A stretch of DNA of 64,000 nt from Schizochytrium sp. TIO01 (Eukaryota > Protista > Bigyra: Labyrinthulomycetes): contig SMSO01000036.1 of assembly GCA_004764695.1 (NCBI GenBank), positions 310,001-374,000 on the forward strand, given 5' to 3'. Shown piece after piece: positions 20,176 to 30,354 of this stretch. Position 1 is the first letter of the stretch, and each line of letters begins with the position of its first letter. The notes beneath the pieces are model-generated. The model made no database searches, was not told the DNA's origin, and worked only from the letters and a program-made list of their open reading frames with translations. A program made the translations under genes and the position numbers.

Positions 20176-23016
20176 ATGAGCATGTCGTCCAAAAGTATGC
20201 TTGTGCTGGCTGCATTGCTGTGGACAATATGTGCTGCAAGCCTTGCGGGTGTGCTTTTGGGTGGCCACCATCTTTTTGTCAAGGTTCCAGCTGTCGAGAA
20301 TGCCTGCACCATGACTTACATGTGGTCGCACTATTATCCAGTACCTATGGTCAACCGCTCGCGACTTGCCTTCAAATATCTTCTGCAGCGCTACTCGCAT
20401 GAGGAGCTTGATGAAGATGATCGCGACGTTACCAAGACTGATAAGGTTCTCCTTTTTGTGCCTGGAAGTGCCGGCTCAGCAGCACAAGTGCGCTCTATTG
20501 GTTCCGAGGTCATGAACCTTCTCAAGGCGCAACGCATGCCACGTTCAAACATTGCCGTTTACACCCTTGACTTTGGCGAAGAGCCATCCGTGCTAAGTGG
20601 CCTCTTTTTGGAAGACCAAGTCGAGTTCCTCAAGGACTCGTTACGCAGAATTGGAGAATTGCACAATCAGCCCAAGACCCTGCTCTTTGCCCATTCCATG
20701 GGCGGTGTCGTGGCACGTATGGTTATGAAGGATATGGATGCCCCAGAGCTTGAGCCAGCCTTGGCAATTTTAGATCTTGAGGCTGAAAATCTTACAATCA
20801 GTTCAATTGTTGACACTACTGAGGATGCTGAGCAATTTGATATCCAAGTCAATGAACCCGCACTTGAGAACAGCAGTGCATCAGCCGATGAAACAGAACC
20901 CGTTGAAGAGGGGTCATCTACTGGTGATTTAGCATCTGTATCAGAAACCTTTTCTGCGGAGGATGCTGGCTCAGTGTCAACTTCAGAAGACTCTTCTGCG
21001 GAGAAAGACACCACAGCAGAAGAGGAGACCACGCGGAGCATCCCTATGCGCCCAGCTGTAAGCCTACGTGGATTATACACGATGAGTTCTCCTCACCAGG
21101 ATCCTGTTGTAGGTGTCGATGTTGTCATTCCATTCGTGTATACCTCACTTCGGGATCACGTTGACCGTGAGCGTGTCTATGTATCTTTGGCAGGTGGTTA
21201 CCGCGATGTTCTCGTTCCTAGCGCCCTTGCACAGCTTGATAAATCACAGTATCCTTTTAGTACATCGTCACTTACAAGTACTATCCCGGGCGTGGAAAAG
21301 TCAACCGATCACCTTGCGATTCTTTGGTGCAATGAGCTAGTGAAGCGCCTTGCAAAGCATGCTGTGGAGGCCCTAAATGGAAAAGAACTGGCCGTACTCT
21401 CATCGCCAGGCCTTCAAAGCAAACGGATTCCTCGTGCAGGTTTCACCAAGGCTGAAATGCAGGCCATGGGTCCAGGGTTTGATTTGATCGGCAGCTTCTT
21501 CACTGACACTGTTGCTCGTCGCTATGCATTATGCATTTTGCCGGGCCTGTTTGGAAGTGTAATCTTCCTGACCCTTGTTTTTGCTGGTGCACCGACTAAA
21601 GAGCTGGCGTTTTATATCATGGTTTTCGCAGTTGCATTGAAGTTCTTCGAATCCCCGAGCTACCCCCTCACAGCAAACATTGTGGGTGTCACAGCTACGA
21701 GTGGTCTGGCTGTTGGAGGACTCATTCTTCTCGCCGCCCAAATTCTACTTCGCTGGCTCCCGAGGGTTCTGGTTCTCATGCCGCAAATAATCGGTTTGGG
21801 CCTTATGGTATCCAATGCAATGTGGGGTCAAAAGTGGATCCCAGAAGGCACTGACATGTTTGCACTTGCGTTGCTTTGGCTTGTTGCGTACACTATCACA
21901 CTAATTTTGGCCAACCTGAGTGCCGCACGCCAGCTCTGGAAACTCGACACCCCTTTGGATGCCCCACATCTTCAAGTTCTGTTTTCTCTTGCATATATTC
22001 CCGTTGTGGCAGTGACATCATGTGCCGCATTGTATGGAGGCTTAGCACTCTTCCGACCTGTTCTGAGCTTTGAAGACCACTTTCCCGTAGTGACCGAGAA
22101 GCTCCCTCGAGGAGTGTATCATGCCGTCTTGCAAAACGAGCTCCCAGAGACTGTCTCATTGGAAGACGGCGGACGAATCCATACTGATAGATATGCTTCT
22201 TACGCCTATGCAGTGATCATCTGGAGCTTGGTGACTCTTGTGCCCATTACTTTTCATCTTCACACCCTTTTTTACTACCCGCGTTATGCTTCTGCAGAGA
22301 AGGTTTTGGACTCGCAGTACAAGTACATTCGTGTCAAAGACCCTTCTTCTGTAAAGAAAAACGTTGAACCTGAGGAAGATGAATCTACTGCATCATCTTC
22401 CGAGTTCAACTTTGCCTTCAACTCTAAAGACGGCGCTAAAAGTACGGAGACTTCATCTAAATCAAAAAAGTCGAAAAAGAAAAAGAAGTCTCAGAGTGCC
22501 ATGAGTAAATCTGACGGCACGAGTTCTAGTCTTTCATCGGATGATTTCATTGAGGCTACAGAATACCCCGATGGATCAGTTGAATATGAAGATACTCTTT
22601 ACATCAGAGACAAGTCATTGTGTATGATTCAATTTGAAAACGGCGATGTAGTCCAAATGGATGATTTGGAGGACTTGACCCACGAGCGGCAAGAACATCC
22701 CGATGCTGTACCTCTGATTGAGCAGTCTGCAAGTAGCTCGGAGGGAACTAAACTCATGTGTGAATTGAATGAACGTATTCGTTCTGCAGTTTATGTTTTC
22801 CCGCAAAGTTTGATTTTGCGCGTTATTTTCGGTGTTGTGAGTATGTGTGCTTTGGCGCTCAACCCCGGCCAGCTTTATCTGTTGCAGGTTGCAGGCGCTG
22901 TGGTCGCAACTGCTTGGATTGTTCTACGATTTGATGATCGTGCTGTCGAACGTCAGGAGCGTCGACTGGTACCGCCCAAGACAAAGGGCTCATCGCCAAG
23001 CGAGCCTGCTGCCTAG
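20176..23016 (+). CDS. PGAP1: GPI inositol-deacylase (PGAP1/Bst1 family)
   Basis: N-terminal TM and NACTMTYM, then VLLFVPGSAGSAAQVRSIGS, VYTLDFGEE, lipase elbow AHSMGGVVAR, SLAGGYRDVLVP and STDHLAILWCNELV, followed by many TM segments. First ATG at 20176. Confidence 0.92.
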   Translation: MSMSSKSMLVLAALLWTICAASLAGVLLGGHHLFVKVPAVENACTMTYMWSHYYPVPMVNRSRLAFKYLLQRYSHEELDEDDRDVTKTDKVLLFVPGSAGSAAQVRSIGSEVMNLLKAQRMPRSNIAVYTLDFGEEPSVLSGLFLEDQVEFLKDSLRRIGELHNQPKTLLFAHSMGGVVARMVMKDMDAPELEPALAILDLEAENLTISSIVDTTEDAEQFDIQVNEPALENSSASADETEPVEEGSSTGDLASVSETFSAEDAGSVSTSEDSSAEKDTTAEEETTRSIPMRPAVSLRGLYTMSSPHQDPVVGVDVVIPFVYTSLRDHVDRERVYVSLAGGYRDVLVPSALAQLDKSQYPFSTSSLTSTIPGVEKSTDHLAILWCNELVKRLAKHAVEALNGKELAVLSSPGLQSKRIPRAGFTKAEMQAMGPGFDLIGSFFTDTVARRYALCILPGLFGSVIFLTLVFAGAPTKELAFYIMVFAVALKFFESPSYPLTANIVGVTATSGLAVGGLILLAAQILLRWLPRVLVLMPQIIGLGLMVSNAMWGQKWIPEGTDMFALALLWLVAYTITLILANLSAARQLWKLDTPLDAPHLQVLFSLAYIPVVAVTSCAALYGGLALFRPVLSFEDHFPVVTEKLPRGVYHAVLQNELPETVSLEDGGRIHTDRYASYAYAVIIWSLVTLVPITFHLHTLFYYPRYASAEKVLDSQYKYIRVKDPSSVKKNVEPEEDESTASSSEFNFAFNSKDGAKSTETSSKSKKSKKKKKSQSAMSKSDGTSSSLSSDDFIEATEYPDGSVEYEDTLYIRDKSLCMIQFENGDVVQMDDLEDLTHERQEHPDAVPLIEQSASSSEGTKLMCELNERIRSAVYVFPQSLILRVIFGVVSMCALALNPGQLYLLQVAGAVVATAWIVLRFDDRAVERQERRLVPPKTKGSSPSEPAA

Positions 23017-24080
23017 ATTTTGCTTTAAATGTCTCTAGTAAATTTCCAAGTCTTTCCCTAGCCAGCAACTTCCACGGCAACTATCGTCCATGCTAAGTTC
23101 TGATCGTAGACAGCATGGGTGAAAGTGAAGGTGGAATCTCCGCTACAGAGCTGCTCGGAGCAGAAGTAAATTTCAAGGCACCAGCTAATTAGCGAGTAGC
23201 GTAAAATGTATCTCAAGTCAAATTAATTCCGCATTGGCTGCAGGGTTTGGGCAAGAGGGCATGGCAAGCACAAGAGAGTTTTACCTCTTATCCTTTTAGA
23301 TAGGGATGAAGTAGAGCTTGTGTCCTATACTAGATTGCAAAAAAACATAAAAGATTTTTCTAGTAGCTGACTCCATTCTTCTGCAAAGAATGAGTTCAAA
23401 GTACCACTCGCACGATGAGCGAGCTGTGTCAGTGCCAAGTACGCAAGATATGATTTAATTTACACTGCCCAGACAAACTAGGCAACCTATGAGGGAACAG
23501 TACGAAAACCCGAAGTGAACTTTTCTTCTGCCTTCAAAGTGAGAACAAGCTAACCCCTCATCAAATCTAACCATGAATTCAAGATAATTTTCAAGTAAAT
23601 AAATCAAGTGGGGACTGATTCATTGTTGTTGGACGACAACCTATCAGCAAACAAGATCGCTCCTTTCCTCTCTTCTTTCCAGCATCCTCGATCGCGTTTT
23701 GGAATATCATGATGATGTAATGACCTCGCTGTATGCAGGTCGTCTCAGATTGAATAGACTATCATTCACCTCAAGACGTTGGTGTGCAAACACTAAGCAT
23801 GCAGGCTCCTTGTGGGCAACGGCACAGATACAATATCGTTAATGTAATGCATGCGAAGCTCTGAGCTAACAATCTCCACTAATATCCGTCCGAAAACGTA
23901 TTAGCTAGTAAGTACATACCAATGAAACGACCGACAACGGTGAAGGGAATCACAACGCAAACGCGACCAAGAAAACTGGAAAGTAGGATCCGACGAAAGA
24001 AACGAAAGATAGACAACCGAACGAAAAGTAAAGAAACAAACAAACAAAGTGAACAACACTGAGAAAAGGTGTAATATCGC

Positions 24081-24422
24081 TTAGTAGCCATCGCCACCAC
24101 CGCCACCGCCAAAGAGGTCACCGCCGCCGACGTCGACCTCCTCTTCCTCTTCCTCTTCCTCCTCCTCTGCGGCGGCGGCCTCACCGGCGCCACCAGCAGC
24201 GGCGGCACCGCCAGCGGCGGCGCCTCCGATGGTGAGGAGCTTCTCCTTGCCCTCAGAGATGAGCTCAGAGAGAGTCTTGCCCTCGAGCTTGCCGAAGAGC
24301 ATGTCGAGCTTCTCGGCCTCGACCTCGACGCCCTGCTCGCTGAGGAGCTTGCTCACGGCCTCCTTGGAGGGTGCCTCCTCTCCGGCGAGGGAGAGGAGCA
24401 TGTACGCAGCGAGGTACTTCAT
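24081..24422 (-). CDS. RPLP2: 60S acidic ribosomal protein P2
   Basis: MKYLAAYMLLSLAGEEAPSKEAVSKLLSEQGVEVEAEKLDMLFGKLEGKTLSELISEGKEKL, Ala-rich hinge and poly-Glu tail; ATG at 24422; strong GC3 codon bias. Confidence 0.96.
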   Translation of the reverse strand: MKYLAAYMLLSLAGEEAPSKEAVSKLLSEQGVEVEAEKLDMLFGKLEGKTLSELISEGKEKLLTIGGAAAGGAAAAGGAGEAAAAEEEEEEEEEEVDVGGGDLFGGGGGGDGY

Positions 24423-26221
24423 CTTCGCGCAACAAACAATCGACTGCGATCGATCTGGTTGATGGACTACTGTTCCATCCGCCTCCTCCTCTTCTAAGCC
24501 CTCCTTCCCCTTATTACTACCCACTCAATCACTCACCTCATTCCCCTATCTCCCTTAGCCTTCCTCCTTCCCATCCACTCAGGCCCGCCCTCCCAGTAAA
24601 GCCTACGACGACGCTAAGACCTCCTACCGAAACTTTGCTCCACTTGCGCGCGTGTATACTTCTCTGTAGGCCGCAAATACTCTACTGTGGAGAGATTTGC
24701 TCCACTTGCAAGGCACGGCCGAAGACCGCCCGCCCACCTAGGCCCTCTGGTAGATCCATGCTACGGTAAAGCCTATCAGGCCCTAGAGACGCCGAGCGCC
24801 TGGGACCACGAATTGAGCGCAGAAAGGCCCTTTATTAAACCACTTTCTCCCAAAGCCATCCAAACCGAGCCACCTATAACTCACTTGCAAAAATAAATAA
24901 CTCACTGACAGTGTCCATCCTACTATGCTTAACCAGTATCAGCAAAGTGGAAAACTCACTCAAAATGCAACGCTCGGAAGTTCCCTGTGTTACCCTCCCA
25001 AAACCCTACCCCTGGCGGCGAAACTATAAGCTGGCGTTCTTCTTTGGTAGAACGGTATAGGGATTATAGAACATTAGCTATAGTATTTATAGTAGAGTGT
25101 TGCTACTATAAAGGAACGGACATAGTTTTGTCTGAATAGAGGTTAGGGGGCAGATCAGAACGATGCTAGATTTATGAGAACGTTCTGTTGTTCTTGTTAA
25201 AGACAGCGAGTTGTGGAACGATGAGGAGGAGCTGTAAAAAGGGTTGCGCATAACTTTGTGTTGGTGCTGTGATCAACGGATAGATTCGATTGGAGAAGGT
25301 TTCATGGACAAGCGAGAAGAGAGTGTGTACTCGCAAGCGTAGAGGAAGTTGAATTTTCCAGTGCAACGCTGCGCGGAGGTCAACATGGAAAGGGCGCGGC
25401 AGGCTGGAGAGATGAGCTTCGCACCTAGTGCCTAGTTATAAGTTCAATTTTTTTTAAATGGAATTTTGATAGAAGAAGATTATCAGGGGATTCTTTTATG
25501 TACCTTTACCGCATAGCATGGCTGACCCTGTTAATAAAATGGACAAACATTCCATTGACACTCTTTTAATTCAATCAAATATATGTTGAGATAGTAGTAG
25601 AAGTGATAATCAAAATAGTTTGGATGTAAACAAAAGAAAGAAAAGGGAGAATGTAAAGAAATTGATCGACTATACTCCACGATAGACAAGGCTAAACTAG
25701 TTCGTGAGTCCTCCTTTTTAGGACAGAGAGCGGCTTGCTTAGTAGCTGCTTATTTATCAATAAAAGGGGGAAGGGTGTACGATGATTCATAAATAAACAC
25801 AATGACGATTTCTTATTATTATTATAAATGAACATCTCCCGAAATAATTACAAATTAGAACTTTATTTTTGGAAAGTGCCTCCAAAGGCCTCTCTGCGTC
25901 GTGAAGACTATCAGCTTCCTTGCCTTCTCAAACAGAACTGAAGAACTTGAGTCAAAGGCTGCATACGGAGAGAGCTCACTCTTCACGTCGAAGCACCGCC
26001 CTAGTGCTGCAACAGGTTACGAGGAAGCACGTGAAGTATACGTAGCAGATAGGACGCAGTAGGCACGTTTCTCAAAACTTGTTCATCTAATCAGATTTCC
26101 AAAACAAGTCATCGCTCCACTAGCAGTCCTAGCAAGAAGACGCGAGAAGGGAGGATCATAGCTTTGTTCTGTCAATCTCCAGGAGATCATTTCAAGTAGG
26201 CTTGTCATTTGGTGGGAGACT

Positions 26222-29200
26222 ATGAATATTCAAGAAAATTCACGAAGAAACGAGCGACAGGTTGCCGAGCGTCTCCGTGAAGTTAGTCGTCTTTACGAAC
26301 AGAAACGCACGGACTTGTACGAGAATTTACAGAAGGAATACCTCTTGAAAGAATGTACGTTTCAACCCAAGATATTGAAAGTTGCAGCCCGACCTCAGAG
26401 GCAGCAGCAGCAACAGCAGCAGAAGCAAACACAACTACCGGCGCAAGGACAGGGACAGCCCTCCCCTCAAGCTTATTCACGAACAAGCCATACTCACAAT
26501 GCGATTCAGGAGCGAGGAAGGCCGTCAACATCCCGGTCGCAAGTGTCTGAGAACACTGTTCGAGTTCGCAGAAGAGCGGCCAGCGCCGATTATGATCAAA
26601 ATGATAGATTTCGATCAGTCGCCCCTTCAGCAAGAAAAGCTTCGACCTCAGATGTCTATGAAAGGTTATTCAAGCAAGCAGAGACGCGGCGGAGGTCAAG
26701 GGAAAAGAAAATCATGGAGAGTCGTGCTGCTCGTGAGGATTATGAATATAAGGCGTTCCAAGAATATGAAAGGATGCGCCGTAGGCGTCCCCGCTCAGTA
26801 GATCGTCCTCGCAGCAACACCGAACCCCCGCGAGCTCCGTTATTCACCCCAAGCTATCTCCCAGAACGTGCCGAACACCGCAAGATGCAACGTGATGTTC
26901 TCGCAGTTGAAGGATGCACTTTTGTGCCCAACATTAGCCGTAAAAGTAGAGAAATTGCCAGCAAGCTACGCCAGAGGTCACCTTCGTATAAAGAAGAACT
27001 GGTCAAACGTGCACAATCTCGCTCCATGAGTCCCATGCGAAGTCAAAGGCGTTCTGTAAGTCCTCAACGATTGCCAAGGAGACCACGCACAATCTCACAG
27101 GACTTCGACGCAGAGGAAGAAATAGAGCACGCAGGAAATGTGAACTATGGGGAAGATTCCCACATTGAATTCCTAAGCAATGAGATCACCTCAGATTCCG
27201 TCAGTGCTGAGCATCATAAACCGCAGCGTTCATCAGCTCAAGTTGATGAAGAAGCAGTTCCAGAAGTTGTGATCACTTTAGATATAGCAAGCTTTCTTGG
27301 TCGGCCTCCAACAAAGATTGAGCAAGCCCCTAGCCATGGTACAATACAAGATGTGATGTTTTCCAATCGTAGCGATGATGATGAAGCAGAAAGTGATGAG
27401 GACGATGGAGATTATTATGAAGAATACAACCGATTCCAACAGCGTGGCCAATCAGGACAAGCCATAATACAGAAAAACGCTGGTTTTACTCGCTCGGCTG
27501 TCAACGGAGTTCAGGAAATGATGCCAGAGCTAGAGTCTTGCCAAGGGGCTCAGCTAGCTGCGGAAGCACTCGTAGACATGGCACAAGAATACAACAAAGT
27601 TGCACAACAGCGTGAAAAGGATCTTTCATACCAGTACCACGAGCTTCTCAAGCGCGAGATTCACGTGCAGCGCGTGGCAGACGTTGAGCGCCAATTAGAA
27701 ATATTTCAGAAGAAGTCTGAGTCTAAAAGAGGCCTTCGGCCCGGCCTCCAGCCTAGGTCACAAAGTAGGAGGCAATGTGCACACGAGATGGCGCGGCAAC
27801 AGGATATAGAGCAAGAGCTTCTTCGACAATCCTCTCGACTGTCACATCAGGCATCTACGCAGTCATTACTACCGGTTGAATTCCATGAGGTCGGTGACGA
27901 CGGTTGGGTACAGGCCGACTTCCATTTCTACAGTCATCGTCATCTCGATACTATGGAGGATGATGGAGAAGAGAATATTGTGAAGACTGAGTATATTGAA
28001 GAGCTTAATGATGCGACACCACTGCCTTCCCCACCGCCATCTTGTCAAGGCGACAATTACATGGGTGACCAAGCTCAGAAGAAAGTTCCACACCTAGGTC
28101 AATGGAATAGTAGAGAAGCTACACAAGAACCTAGAATGCGTAGAGACCCATACGAAAATTCGATGGCTTATAGGTTACAGGCTTCAAAAGTTGAGGCCGA
28201 AAAAGGAAATGATCATAGCGATGACATAGCCAAGGAAGAAATGATTGCCTCTTTGCAGAGAGAACTTCTTGTGCATTTGCAGCAGGGGAGTGCTTCATCG
28301 GTTGCTTCCGAGGATTCTGGCTATTCGGTTGAGCCTCGGTCATCATCTGGCTCGTCTGTGCTTTCCTCATCTTCATTTTCATCTTCATCAACCAAAAGCG
28401 CAGCGCTGGGTGAGCCTGTAAAACCTGTAAATAAAGTGGACCAATCCTCATTGTCAATCGAAGTGAAGTCTGAGGAGAAAATTGACGTTACCCCTTCAAT
28501 GACACAACAGCAACAGCACACGACTAACTTGCAAACTGAGAATTTACAGCGGGCGCATGGTGACTTTAAAGACATAGAAACTCAGTCACCAACTGTTTTT
28601 TATCCTCAAACTACATCTGAAAATGCTTCGAAAACTCGGACAACAAAACCTCTCTCGCCACGAAATAATAATTTGGAATCTGTGATACAGAAGCAGTCGA
28701 GGAAGGATACTGCTTTGTTGAAACCCGATGAGACGTTGCTGAATGAAGATAAGACTTTGTTGAGTGAGGATAATACTTGTTTGAATGACTACAATCATTC
28801 GTTGAACGAGGACAAGACTCAGTCGGATGATAATAGGATGTTGTCCAGTGGAAGATGAGACTAAGCTGAATGAGGATAAAACCAAATTGAATGAGGACAC
28901 TAATGTTTTGAAGAAGGAAAGCAGAGCCTCATTGAAGGGGGGATAAAGCCTTGGTACAGGAGGAAACGACCTCCTTGGGGGCTAGCGTAGATCCCAAGGT
29001 CCGACCTCGCCACCAATCACTGGATCATCATCTAGATCACAATGTTGATCATTCAGCTGGACGAAGGAGAAGAAGCAGCGAATCGCATGACCCTACTCCA
29101 AAGCAAAGCTTGCCTCGTAAAAAAGTATCCTTCTCTGACTTTCAAGAGCGAAAGCAGCAACAGGAAAGGGATAGTCCAATCGACAAAGAGGGAGAAGAAG

Positions 29201-30354
29201 AAGAAAAAGAAGAAGAAAGTGCGAACCCTGCATTGCCCTTAAGGTCCGTACTACACATGCCCAAGTTCACATGGAGTTCGAAAATGCATAGAACAGCCAA
29301 GCCCAAAGGGGACGATCCGAAGGAACAAGAGAAAATTGAAGAAATGAGGGTAGATCTGAAAGAACAAAAATGTGCTTCCGATGGCCAAAAACCAACCACA
29401 TTACACCAGAAGGAATTATTGGCACCCCCAAGATTGGCATTGTCTAGTGATGAGTCTACCAAAAAGAATTATAGCAGAGAAGAATCCCTTCAGAAGAATT
29501 TGGGACCTAGTGCAAATAAGACCAATGAAAAAACTCTTAGCGAGGGGATGAAACACGCGAGAGGCCAAACCTCTTCAGCAATGGCTGGTGATAGCACAAC
29601 ATTCAACAACAAAAATAGGCAAGAGAGCAAAACAAAATCTCACACGACAGACCACTATGCCAAAACTCCGATAACGGCTAAGCCCGTAAGCACAAGCCCG
29701 ATGCTTGAAGATCTGAAAGAATTTGGCACAAGTCTGGAGAAACACGGGCGTATGGGAAAGCCGCACTTTTGTCACTTGAGTTTAACCACGACCATGTTGT
29801 GTTGGACATCCAAACGCGGACAAACCAATCAAATTCCTTTACAGAACGTCATCCAGGTTATTTCGGGGCGCCAGGTAAACAAAGCACGATCGTGGAGCGC
29901 ATACTCCGCTATGACATCTCAGAATTCCAAAGGTCTTGCGCCCCGACGCCGGTCCGCCACAGAGGGTCATGAAGCTAGTGCTCAAGACAGTCTCATGCCT
30001 ACACGTGGCTTCTTCTTCTTTACGATTGTGACTGATACACGTGACCTCCTCTTAAGTGCTCGTACTCGCATTCAACGGGATCAACTAGTGGAGGCCCTAA
30101 ACCTCGCTCTACGCATCAATAGTACGAATGCCCCCGTTTCGAAGGACTCTAACTCTGTTTCTGCTCGCGGCTCACGAACTGAAAGTATTCCTAAATCTCC
30201 TGCCTCACCGAGCAAAGCAAGCTCGAAGAGCTCACCCAAGACAGAACCGCAACATAAATCTAATGCTGCTGCCAAGGACTCTGTAGAAGAGTCCAGTGTC
30301 AAGCCGTATCCTCCGATGACACCTCGGCCAATGCCCCCTTCAGTTGTTGTCTAA
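26222..30354 (+). CDS. Large low-complexity protein with ECTFxP motifs and a C-terminal PH domain; split in this sequence by two +1 frame changes (about 28850 and 28940)
   Basis: ORF 26222-28858 has KECTFQPKI, DVYERLF and EGCTFVPNIS. ORF 28951-30354 has a PH domain (GTSLEKHGRMGKPHFCHLSL...LCWTS...IPLQNVIQVISGR...FTIVTDTRDLLLSA...RDQLVEALNLAL). A 7-aa LNEDKT-type repeat continues across the gap in the intermediate frame. Confidence 0.75.

Noticed and set aside
24423-24524. N-terminal extension of RPLP2 in the ORF track
   Set aside because: Homology begins at MKYLAAY (24422); the upstream part starts at a non-ATG codon and looks like 5' UTR
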